Of a stretch of 64,000 bases of DNA, positions 18,832 to 27,559 are shown piece after piece. How positions within the stretch are numbered: position 1 is the stretch's first letter; the number at the start of each line of letters is the position of its first letter. The notes under the pieces were generated by a model. It worked only from the letters and a program-made list of their open reading frames with translations, did no database searches and was not told the DNA's origin. This DNA comes from Nitrososphaeria archaeon. Its GTDB lineage: Archaea > Thermoproteota > Nitrososphaeria > Nitrososphaerales > JAAOZN01. Location of the stretch: the NCBI GenBank assembly GCA_029775855.1, contig JARVJZ010000006.1, forward strand, positions 1 through 64,000, read 5' to 3'. Position numbers and translations under genes: made by a program.

Positions 18832-19749
18832 CTATCTGCTTTGAGTTTCTTGAAGAAAACGCCTACCCTTATCAGTTATCTCCCAAACGCCGCGTGGAGA
18901 ATCTCTTCTTAGATAACCCTTCTCAATAAGACGCCATCGCGCCCACATTGCAGCGTTCTGCCATCTAATGGCTTTACCTGAGGGGAGTTTTTCGTAGTCT
19001 TTAGGTTTTAGCAGATTCTTCATCTTCTCACCTACTTTCTCCAGAACAGCGTGTGTTTTTGCTTTGCCGCCTAGCTCAACAAGCGCCTCTAGGATAGGGG
19101 TAAAATATTGATGCGCGTGCGTAATTTCTTCTTTTCCTCCAGATTTCTTTTTCTCAATTTGTTGCGGCGCTTGTGTGTATAGTGGTTCAAATAGGTGCGC
19201 ATGAACCGCTAGACCAACCCCTTCTCTTTCGAATGTCTTTAACTCCAGAACATTAATCTCTGCTTGTAATCTTTTGACAGCATCTTCGAGCTCCTCTGTT
19301 TTTTCGTCTACAATGATTAAGTAGGTTGGTGGTTTGTGTATGAGGTTTGAAACAAATCTGTAAACCTCCTCAAACTTCCCTTTAATTAACTCACGGGTAA
19401 ACGGTTGAGAGCTTATCTCTCTATCCATATAATCTATCAGCTTCCGCTTAGTTGATTCAGACTCTATCCCAGCGATAAATCTGCTTAACTGGGAGAGTAT
19501 GTGCTCAAACATGGGGTGTGTAGAAAGCTCTACCTCAACGACATACCACTTCGGTGAAGGATAGAGAGTGATTGCGTAGCCGTCTGGTATACTTCCTATT
19601 CCTGAGAGTGATGATATCTTCTTTTTCCCAAAGTAAATAGATTCTTCTCCAAATATTTCTTTATAATGCTCTTCAACTATTGATACAAGGTCGTCTTCAT
19701 TCTTAAAGATGTGAAGGTGGTATCTTACACCATCTATGAGCAGCATCAT
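18832..19749 (-). CDS. PD-(D/E)xK-like nuclease fused to a C-terminal Mrr_N winged-helix domain
   Basis: IPDG...VVEVEL...Q..RF in the N-terminal half; PILEAL..LGG...RWQNAAMWARWRL..GYL...PRGVWEITDKG at the C-terminus. Confidence 0.7.
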   Translation of the reverse strand: MMLLIDGVRYHLHIFKNEDDLVSIVEEHYKEIFGEESIYFGKKKISSLSGIGSIPDGYAITLYPSPKWYVVEVELSTHPMFEHILSQLSRFIAGIESESTKRKLIDYMDREISSQPFTRELIKGKFEEVYRFVSNLIHKPPTYLIIVDEKTEELEDAVKRLQAEINVLELKTFEREGVGLAVHAHLFEPLYTQAPQQIEKKKSGGKEEITHAHQYFTPILEALVELGGKAKTHAVLEKVGEKMKNLLKPKDYEKLPSGKAIRWQNAAMWARWRLIEKGYLRRDSPRGVWEITDKGRRFLQETQSR

Positions 19750-19923
19750 ATCTACTCCTTTCAGACGAAATATAACTTTTACTAATCTTTAGAAAAATCT
19801 TTACTGAATTCATTCTTTCTACCATTCGTTAGAATACTATATGTAGGTTTTCCTATCTGGACAGGAGAGATTATAAGCATCTAGTTAAGCCATCGTAAGG
19901 TTTAGAGGTAATATTAAATATGT

Positions 19924-20289
19924 TTGTTATTCAACTATTGGATTGAGTTGCAGCAGTCAGCATCAAGAGTTCAAGAAGTATTAACGATTTTAGAGAATAT
20001 GGAGAAGGCTCTTGATGAAGCAGATAAATGGGTAAACGAAGCAAAACGAAGCCTACTCGGTTTTGCATCTGCAGAAGGGGAGAAGGCTTTGACCGAAGCG
20101 GTAAACGAAGCGAACGCAGCCGCACAAGAGAGGCTCGAAAAGGCGAAAATCGAGGCAGAAAAAGAGGCTGAGCAGATACTACAGCAGTCTAAAGGCGAGC
20201 TCACCAAATTAAGAGAGAAGATAGAGCACTCTATGGAGAAAGCTATCGAGTTGACTATGGATGCGATTCTCGGTGAAAAGATGCTTTGA
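19924..20289 (+). CDS. A/V-type ATP synthase peripheral stalk subunit H (G)
   Basis: Ala/Glu/Lys-rich coiled coil overlapping the start of subunit C. Confidence 0.7.
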   Translation: MLFNYWIELQQSASRVQEVLTILENMEKALDEADKWVNEAKRSLLGFASAEGEKALTEAVNEANAAAQERLEKAKIEAEKEAEQILQQSKGELTKLREKIEHSMEKAIELTMDAILGEKML

Positions 20290-21377
20290 AGGTTAGAGGA
20301 GAGCTGGCTGACAGCACATACCTAATGGCAAAATGCTTTGCAGAAAAAGGAATACTTCTACAGCGCGCGATGCTCGAAACCCTAGCCGAATCAAAGGGGC
20401 TTGAGGACCTTGTTGGTAGGCTTAAGGGCACACCCTATAATGAGGCGGTTTCAAGAATCACCAGACCATACACCTCAGATAAGCTAGAGATGGCTTTCAG
20501 AGAGCATTTAGCGTCAACACACTACTCACTTATCAGAGTCTCACCTAGAAACTCATTTTTAACCGCATACTACAACAAGCACCTAATCTGGAACCTTAAG
20601 ACAATAGCGAAAGGTAAAGCGCTAGGCTTAACCTATGAAGAGATAGCTTCGAAAGTTAACTTATATGCTGAAGAACTTATCGAGAGAAGAAACTTAATCG
20701 TCAAGGCGCTAACCGCACCAGATCTACCAAGCTTAGTACAGACATTAGGTAAAACAGAATTCAGCCAAGAAATAGCTAAAGCAGCCCAACTCTACAGCGA
20801 AAAAGGAGATCTAAGGATATTTGACACATATCTCGACAAAGCATTCTACACACACCTACTCACAGAATACAATAAGTTAAGCCGAAGAACCATCTACTTA
20901 AAACGCCGCCCAATAAGCGAGCAAGCGAACGTCAGACCGCTGGTTTCAGTAGATATAGATGCATATAACATCCTAAGTGCGCTTAGAGCCAAAGTCTGGG
21001 AACTTACCGCACCACAGACACGCGAGCTAGTGATTGAAGCAGAGTTTAACTTGACGCAAAAGAAGCTCAACTTCATAATAGGTGCACCAAACCTTAACGA
21101 AGCCCTAAAGAAGGTTGCTGAGACACCATACGGCAAACTTATACCACCCGGCGTAGTAGGAGAAGAAGCTATACGTAAACTTGAAAACGAGTTCGAAATA
21201 TACATCTACAAGCAAGCTCTAAAAGCGTTTACTTGGCAGATTTCAGGCTTAGGGGTTGCCTTAGCTTTAATCAAGTTAAAGGAGGCTGAGGTTAGAAACC
21301 TATCTGCTTTAGCCTTCGGTGTGGAGCAAGGGCTTTCTGCTAAAGAAGTTATGTCAAAGATGACCTTCTTATCTTAG
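20286..21377 (+). CDS. atpC: A/V-type ATP synthase subunit C
   Basis: L.GTPY, DTYLDKAFY, IDAYNILSALR, KEAEVRNL. Confidence 0.88.
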   Translation: MKVRGELADSTYLMAKCFAEKGILLQRAMLETLAESKGLEDLVGRLKGTPYNEAVSRITRPYTSDKLEMAFREHLASTHYSLIRVSPRNSFLTAYYNKHLIWNLKTIAKGKALGLTYEEIASKVNLYAEELIERRNLIVKALTAPDLPSLVQTLGKTEFSQEIAKAAQLYSEKGDLRIFDTYLDKAFYTHLLTEYNKLSRRTIYLKRRPISEQANVRPLVSVDIDAYNILSALRAKVWELTAPQTRELVIEAEFNLTQKKLNFIIGAPNLNEALKKVAETPYGKLIPPGVVGEEAIRKLENEFEIYIYKQALKAFTWQISGLGVALALIKLKEAEVRNLSALAFGVEQGLSAKEVMSKMTFLS

Positions 21378-23425
21378 GACTCCAACTCTATCTTGACATA
21401 TGTCGTCTCTGGCGCGATCTTAGTAAAGGGTCTGCCTGTGCCCTCGTAGAACTTTGTAAACCACTCGTATAGATGAAGCCTTATGTCTTGTATATAGACG
21501 ATCAAGCCTTCAAGCGCTACAACACCAAGGTTGCCTATTATCCAGATAGGTAGCCCCATTAGGCCGAGGCTTAAGGTCATCGTCACCGCAAACATCAGTG
21601 CTGCGTGAACTAAGAGTAGAATTCCAAGTCGAGCGTAGCTTATAGTGTTGGCGAGGAATTCAACTAGCCTAAGTAGGAACTCGACTATGCCGAAGATTAG
21701 ACCCATAAAGGGGCTCTCCTTTTCACCGTGCCCCTTCGCCAATATCCCTTCTAGAGGTTTACCTATCACTATCCAAGCTGCAGCGGCGACGGTAACTGGA
21801 AGGGTCACACTTGATAGGGCGCTGGCTGTTACTGTAAATCCTAGTATATCTGATATGATGGGTACTCTGTTGTTGCTCGTTAAAACCTCAGCGAAGCTGT
21901 ATCCTGAGGCTATAAAAGAGAAGCTAAAACCGACACCAAACACATAAAGTAGTAGTGAAGGTATCTTAAGCGTGTAAAGCTCGACTTTACTCTCAGCCCT
22001 AAAACCTTTGATTACATCAAGCACCAACCCGATAAAGATGTGAATAGCGCCGATTAATATAGCAACTGAAAGGATAGTGCCAACAGCCTCCGTGTTGAAA
22101 CCACCATGCTCAACTAAGTGTATGATCTGGATACGCTTGAAGAAGCCGCCAACAGCAGGCAAATTTCCTAACTCTAAACCGAAGCCTTCGCCGACCAACG
22201 CACCTACTACAGTAGCAGCAGCCCCAGCAGCCATTATTATCTCACCCCAGTGTTTAAGCGATGGGCTTCCTCTAATCTTAAGCATAAGACCTAAGATGAA
22301 GAGTAGCAGACCTTGCCCGAAGTCTCCGAACATCATACCGTAGAAGATGGGGAAGATGAAGGCAATAAGAGGTGTTGGGTCAACATCACCGCTCTTCGGA
22401 GCGCCTTGAGTCAATGTAATGTTTTCGAACGGTTTTATAGGCCTCTTGTTGCTCATAAGAGTGGGGGGGTTGGAGTGCTCCTCCTCAAAGAAGATTAGAT
22501 AAGATGGATACATCTGTTTAAATTCTTCAAGGTTTCTTAAAGGCAGATAACCTTCTATAACAGCGAACCTCTTAAGGTCTCCGGCCTTTCTGAGTTTAGA
22601 GAGTGTTGTGTATGCTATCTGCGCTGCTTCTCTTAGTGAAAGCAGTTTGGTGCTTGACTCAACTTTGACTGCTTCCAGCTTGGATTCACATTCGGCTAGT
22701 GAGCGTTCGGCTTCTGCTAACCGTTCTACAACTACCTTGTAAGCGGAGGCTGGGTTTTGAGGTAAGTCTTGAGGTATCAGAAAGGGCTTAACTTCAAAGC
22801 TACGAAGCACCTTATCAACTTTATCAGCATCAGACTTCACACCAACAATCAGTATAGCACTGTTATTCTTCGTTAAAGGACATTCGATGACAACCACATC
22901 GGTCAAGCTGCGCCTTATCTCAGCGACATCTTTGGTAGCTGCTACAGCAAATACAGCGTGGAACCTTTTTAACCTTGAAAATAATTCCAAATCTATTGAA
23001 AACTGCTGAATAGTGTAAAGAGCGGCTTTAAGAGCTTCGTAATCAGATACTTTCTTACGGATTCGTGTAGCATCATCAAGTATAGAAGACAAGTGCTCTA
23101 TGATTGGTGTTGCCTCAACCTCTAGCTTCTCGATGAGGTCGTGCCAGTCTCGAGCAGTCTTAACTTCTTTTTCGATTTTATAGCCTTTCTTTAACACTTC
23201 AATTACATTAGGTTCAAGGGCTATGCTTAGCTTCTTCACAAGGTCGTCAAGGTTTGCAAAGAGTTTAAACGCCCTACCATTCAACTCACTCAAATATGGG
23301 TCAGAAACTGATGACTCTGGCTGTTCAGGATGAAACCAGCCAAACTTAAAAAGGCTTCTAAGGCAATCATTAAGCTCGCTCCTAGGCAGCAGAAGTGTAA
23401 CTTTAGTGAGTGATTCTACACCCAC
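21374..23425 (-). CDS. atpI: A/V-type ATP synthase subunit I (a)
   Basis: DPTP..FPIFYGMMFGDFGQG, NTISYARL (essential Arg), RLHLYEWFTKFYEGTGRPF. Confidence 0.95.
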   Translation of the reverse strand: MGVESLTKVTLLLPRSELNDCLRSLFKFGWFHPEQPESSVSDPYLSELNGRAFKLFANLDDLVKKLSIALEPNVIEVLKKGYKIEKEVKTARDWHDLIEKLEVEATPIIEHLSSILDDATRIRKKVSDYEALKAALYTIQQFSIDLELFSRLKRFHAVFAVAATKDVAEIRRSLTDVVVIECPLTKNNSAILIVGVKSDADKVDKVLRSFEVKPFLIPQDLPQNPASAYKVVVERLAEAERSLAECESKLEAVKVESSTKLLSLREAAQIAYTTLSKLRKAGDLKRFAVIEGYLPLRNLEEFKQMYPSYLIFFEEEHSNPPTLMSNKRPIKPFENITLTQGAPKSGDVDPTPLIAFIFPIFYGMMFGDFGQGLLLFILGLMLKIRGSPSLKHWGEIIMAAGAAATVVGALVGEGFGLELGNLPAVGGFFKRIQIIHLVEHGGFNTEAVGTILSVAILIGAIHIFIGLVLDVIKGFRAESKVELYTLKIPSLLLYVFGVGFSFSFIASGYSFAEVLTSNNRVPIISDILGFTVTASALSSVTLPVTVAAAAWIVIGKPLEGILAKGHGEKESPFMGLIFGIVEFLLRLVEFLANTISYARLGILLLVHAALMFAVTMTLSLGLMGLPIWIIGNLGVVALEGLIVYIQDIRLHLYEWFTKFYEGTGRPFTKIAPETTYVKIELES

Positions 23426-23478
23426 TTAATTCACCCTTTTAGGTTATCCGACTCCAATAGTAAGATAGAACACCTATT

Positions 23479-24141
23479 TTATGTCTTTTGCCGGAAATGG
23501 TTACTCTGAAGTATTGTGTATAATGCTGCTGCGAGTGCACCCTCTTCAGCAGCTTTAACAGAATTACCTCCAACGATAATAATTGAATCACCATCTCTAG
23601 GTTCTAAAAGAGACTTCAGAGAGTCCCAGAGGGGAATAAGATAACTCTTTTCAAGGTCAATTTCCGTATGAGGAAGTAAAAATCGCTTACCCAAATATAC
23701 TATTGTCGTCGCACCATCCGCCCCAGCCCTAACAGCAGCATCACGCTGCTCCAACCCAGACTTTACTTTAGACGCAGAATCTCGAATCAGCACCACATAA
23801 TTCCACTTACCTTGGCTTAAAGGGCCGGCATCTATAGGCTTTGGTGGTGTAAGCATTTTAAGGAGGCTTCTGTGAATTAATTTGCCTGCATCGGTCAATT
23901 TGCATCCACTACGCTCTACTTTAATAAGGCTACGCTCTTGAAGTCTGTTCAGCATCGTCCTAACCGAACCCTCACCTAGCTGAAGAATTCTTGCGATCTT
24001 CTTCCTACCTATAGGCGTATCCTCACCGAGCAAGAATATCAGCTTCAATATATCAACTACTTCAAAAGTTGGTTTTGGACCTATAGGTTTCTCTAAAAGT
24101 TCAAGAAGCGTCTTTAAAGAGTTAAGTGGCTTAGTCTGCAT
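23479..24141 (-). CDS. wHTH transcription regulator with DUF4443/DUF2111-like C-terminal domain
   Basis: IGRKKIARILQLGEGSVRTML HTH; GLEQRDAAVRAGADGATTI. Start set to ATG 24141. Confidence 0.8.
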   Translation of the reverse strand: MQTKPLNSLKTLLELLEKPIGPKPTFEVVDILKLIFLLGEDTPIGRKKIARILQLGEGSVRTMLNRLQERSLIKVERSGCKLTDAGKLIHRSLLKMLTPPKPIDAGPLSQGKWNYVVLIRDSASKVKSGLEQRDAAVRAGADGATTIVYLGKRFLLPHTEIDLEKSYLIPLWDSLKSLLEPRDGDSIIIVGGNSVKAAEEGALAAALYTILQSNHFRQKT

Positions 24142-24181
24142 CCGTATAAAGAGTGTTAAGGATGTTGAAAAACTTGTTGGC

Positions 24182-24676
24182 TTATCTTCCAGCCGGCTTA
24201 CGCAGATTAGGGTAGTTCGATGTATCTTCGTAGAGCCAAGCCAGTATATCACCTTGCTTTATCATGTATTGGTCTGCGGCTGTTTCCCCTATTGTCCATT
24301 CACCTTTCTCTTTATCGAATCTCCACCATATCCAGTAGTGCCCTTTTTGAACTACCTTTGTCCCGACACCATCTATACCATTAACGAAGACGCCCATATC
24401 ACTTCCAAGATACTCCACAGATCGGCTAACCTTTAGAGTAGCGTTCAAAAGAGAAGAGCCTATTGGAAGAAGGGTGTTATTATGCCAAACCAAACTACCA
24501 TTACCATAATCTATCAGCAAGTCAACTTCAAAAGCAACACCCCTTAACTCACTTAAAACATAATTATAGCGGCTCTTAACATCAATGCTATCAAGATAAA
24601 AGTAGACAGAAAGGCCACTACTTAACACAAGAAGGATCAAAAGGACAACCGATAGAGCGGAGAGACCTTTCTTCAA
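24182..24676 (-). CDS. Membrane-anchored DUF4430 (transcobalamin-like C-terminal) protein, CbrS-like
   Basis: N-terminal TM helix; IDYGNG...GVFVNGIDG...YWIWW...AADQYMIKQGDILAWLY. Confidence 0.75.
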   Translation of the reverse strand: MKKGLSALSVVLLILLVLSSGLSVYFYLDSIDVKSRYNYVLSELRGVAFEVDLLIDYGNGSLVWHNNTLLPIGSSLLNATLKVSRSVEYLGSDMGVFVNGIDGVGTKVVQKGHYWIWWRFDKEKGEWTIGETAADQYMIKQGDILAWLYEDTSNYPNLRKPAGR

Positions 24677-25225
24677 CTACTTCACCTTCAACACTTGAAC
24701 ACTGAGCAGATTTGAAACAAGAGGAACCAACTTAGGAGGAAAGAAGGAGAAAAGAACAAGGTTAGAAGCTTGATGAAGCAGACCCAGAGGAACAGGAAAG
24801 TTCATAGTAAGAACACCAACCAACACCCCAGGCCAAAGAGTATTTGTAAAAAGAACACCGCTCACAGCATTAGTCAGCAGATCATAGCTCAAAGTAGAGA
24901 GTAGCCCAATTAACCCAAGTTTAAGAGGATGAAGAATACCCCTCCTAGCACAGAAAGAACCAGCAGCGGCATAAAAGACTTCACAACAAGCCACAGAAAT
25001 CAGAACAACATAGGAGAAACCTAAGGGGTTAAATACACCATAGATCAGCCAAGAAAAAACAGCAACAACCACACCAAATCTGAAGCCAAGGGTATACGCA
25101 GAGATAAAGACTATAACATCCATAAGCTTGACATTCCAAATAGGGAAGAGCAGATAGTTTGTGGAAACCGCTAGCGCGGTAAAGAGGCATGCTGCTGCTA
25201 ACATCTTTGCGTTTTTTGCGAGCAT
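24677..25225 (-). CDS. ECF transporter S component, CbrT-like (putative cobalamin)
   Basis: About 6 TM helices; NVKLMDVIVF, NPLG, LSYDLLTN, HQASN; abuts the DUF4430 gene. Start set to ATG 25225. Confidence 0.6.
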   Translation of the reverse strand: MLAKNAKMLAAACLFTALAVSTNYLLFPIWNVKLMDVIVFISAYTLGFRFGVVVAVFSWLIYGVFNPLGFSYVVLISVACCEVFYAAAGSFCARRGILHPLKLGLIGLLSTLSYDLLTNAVSGVLFTNTLWPGVLVGVLTMNFPVPLGLLHQASNLVLFSFFPPKLVPLVSNLLSVQVLKVK

Positions 25226-25322
25226 CTTGGATGGATTATCCAACCAACTTATATTAAAACATATCTCCAAACTAAAATGAGAAGCGAAGGTCAACTTTTA
25301 TTAACAAGCAGTATACATTACT

Positions 25323-27398
25323 TTGCGTTTAAGGTTGGTGGGTGAACTGTTATCCGGTAGCAAAAGAGTAAAGGGAATATTCTCTGTCATCGCTTCTGCT
25401 AATAGGCTTGAAATTGTAAAGATCCTTAACGCTAAAGGGGCTCTTAGCTACTCTGAGTTAAAGAGTTTAGCCGGTTTCAAATCTAAAAAGGAGTCTGGGA
25501 AATTCGCTTATCATCTTAGAAAACTTGTAAAACAAGGTCTAGTTACCTTAAATAGGGCTGAGCGCAAATATATTATTACAAGTCTAGGTAGGCTTATACT
25601 TAACCTTAGTAGACAGATAGAGGAGCACGCGGTACTAGAGAGCGGAAAACTCTATGTGCGCACATCAAAACATAAGATAGAAGAGTTTAACACAAACAAG
25701 ATTACACAAAGCTTAGTCAAAGAAGGCGGCATGCCCCTTGACCTTGCTCAAAAGGTTACCGCTGAGGTTGAGAATAAGATCTACAAATTTCAAACAACAT
25801 ATCTGACCGCACCATTAATCAGAGAAATAGTTAATGCAGTGCTCATAGAGCAGGGGTTTGAAGAGTATAGACATAAGCTTACTAGGCTTGGTCTCCCAGT
25901 CCACGATGTTATTGAGTTAATCAGTAAAGTCGGCTTATCTGGAGAAGGAGTAGAAGTCTTAATGAGTCAGACCGCTCAAGCCGTCTTTTCAGAGTTCCTC
26001 CTTCTAAACCAGTTGACCAAAGATGTTGCTGACCTTTATTTGGCTGGGGATACGCACATCTCAAATCCAGGAAGATGGGGAATAGCTCCAGATACAGTTG
26101 TCGCCGATGCTGCTTGCCTTCAAACATCCAGCATAAATCCTAGTATGCGAATGCTTGCTGCGCCTAGACTTACATCTCCAACAAACTTTTCAGAAGCGCT
26201 TTCAATACATTCTGCTGCAACGATTCTCTTAGCTTCGGAGTGCAATACTGAGCTCTGCTGGCTTAGATTTGGTGAATATGTTGCGCGTGCTGCTAAGGAT
26301 ATTTCTGACAAACAGTTGATGGAAGATCTATATAGAGAGTTTGTGTTGATAGGCACAGTTTTGGGGCAGAGGGGTGCTAAGCCGAGGGTTTCATTGCACA
26401 TAGGGGAATGTGAGTTAACAGATTCAGATAGAACCAATAACATACTTGGGGGATATAGAAGGTATGTTGAGGCAACACCTCTACCCACTATAAACATAGT
26501 TTTACATGGCAGCATAGGCGATGATACATTAAATGAGATTTACAAGCTAGTGATGGTTGGAGGAAGCTTAGCCTTCTGTCCAAGCAAGCAGGACACTAAC
26601 TCATATTTAGGTTTGAGGCTAAGTGCAACATCCCAAGAAATTTCTACATTAAGCATGCTTCTCCACGGCTTCTCAATAAACTTACCTCGACTAGCTAGAG
26701 AGTCCCAAGAAGATGAAATGTATTTTAGGGCGAAGATGACTATACTTCTAAAAGACGCTCTAGCAGCGCTACAGACCAGAAGAGGAATAATTCTAGAGCA
26801 AGTGAGAAAAGGAGTGCTCCCTATAATAGAGAACAACACACAGACAGCAGCGTTAGAAGAAATTCCAACTATCCTAAACTTAGCTGGACTGTTAGAAGCG
26901 TCTCAAATACTGCTAAAAGATAAGAGAAACCAGAGCGCGTTAATGTCCATAGCTGAGAAGACGATAGAAACAGCGGTTAAAGGAACAAACACAGAAGAGG
27001 AGACAGCTGTGTCAATAGTGCCGGAGGAAGGATTAGCAAGACTAGCGGCACTAGATATTGAGAGATACGGTAAAACAGCTACAATATCATCTTTGGAAGA
27101 AGGGTATTCAGCGAGCCTCGAGCTTGATGCAGATAAACTAGACGAAGAAAAATTAAAACTAGCTGAAATATATTCAAGAAAATTGACCGGAGGATGCTCA
27201 ATATCGGTCAGAATAAACCCAAATATGAACATTGACGGTTTTAAGGAAATCCTCAACACACTCTCAACCAGATTTACATTCTTTAAGATAGGCTTAGACA
27301 TTAGCATCTGCAGAAACTGCGGAGCCAAGAACGCATCGACCGCAAGCCGCTGCAATGTCTGTAAATCGACACGATTGGCAAGGATGCAGATACTCTAG
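25323..27398 (+). CDS. ArsR-like wHTH + ATP-cone + degenerate class III ribonucleotide reductase (NrdD-like) fusion; probable transcription regulator
   Basis: RLEIVKIL...SYSELK...FAYHLRKL (wHTH); YVRTS...EEFNTNKITQSL...TAPLIREIVN (ATP cone); SINLPRLA, LAGLLEA and C-terminal CxxC..CxxC (NrdD body). Confidence 0.8.
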   Translation: MRLRLVGELLSGSKRVKGIFSVIASANRLEIVKILNAKGALSYSELKSLAGFKSKKESGKFAYHLRKLVKQGLVTLNRAERKYIITSLGRLILNLSRQIEEHAVLESGKLYVRTSKHKIEEFNTNKITQSLVKEGGMPLDLAQKVTAEVENKIYKFQTTYLTAPLIREIVNAVLIEQGFEEYRHKLTRLGLPVHDVIELISKVGLSGEGVEVLMSQTAQAVFSEFLLLNQLTKDVADLYLAGDTHISNPGRWGIAPDTVVADAACLQTSSINPSMRMLAAPRLTSPTNFSEALSIHSAATILLASECNTELCWLRFGEYVARAAKDISDKQLMEDLYREFVLIGTVLGQRGAKPRVSLHIGECELTDSDRTNNILGGYRRYVEATPLPTINIVLHGSIGDDTLNEIYKLVMVGGSLAFCPSKQDTNSYLGLRLSATSQEISTLSMLLHGFSINLPRLARESQEDEMYFRAKMTILLKDALAALQTRRGIILEQVRKGVLPIIENNTQTAALEEIPTILNLAGLLEASQILLKDKRNQSALMSIAEKTIETAVKGTNTEEETAVSIVPEEGLARLAALDIERYGKTATISSLEEGYSASLELDADKLDEEKLKLAEIYSRKLTGGCSISVRINPNMNIDGFKEILNTLSTRFTFFKIGLDISICRNCGAKNASTASRCNVCKSTRLARMQIL

Positions 27399-27453
27399 CC
27401 GCGTAAGCACAGCATTGAAGTTAGGAATTTATAATACGCACGTCAGTTCAGAC

Positions 27454-27559
27454 ACCAACTCAATAGTAGAGCCTCAGTAAAGGAGGCTTTGTCAAAAAAT
27501 CTTGATGAATAAAAGGAAGTACAGTCCCTTCTTAATCTAGGAGCTACTTATTGGGTGGT
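27454..27559 (+). promoter_or_regulatory. Structured 5' leader of nrdJ (candidate cis-regulatory RNA)
   Basis: TATA-like TTTATAAT at 27428-27435. Closing helix 27454-27469/27544-27559 encloses three hairpins. Confidence 0.45.

Noticed and set aside
25323-27398. Functional anaerobic ribonucleotide reductase NrdD
   Set aside because: The thiyl Cys and glycyl-radical motif are missing and there is no activase in the window.
27454-27559. Canonical cobalamin riboswitch
   Set aside because: TAAAAGGAAG loosely resembles the AGGGAA element, but the B12 box and other conserved motifs are absent.
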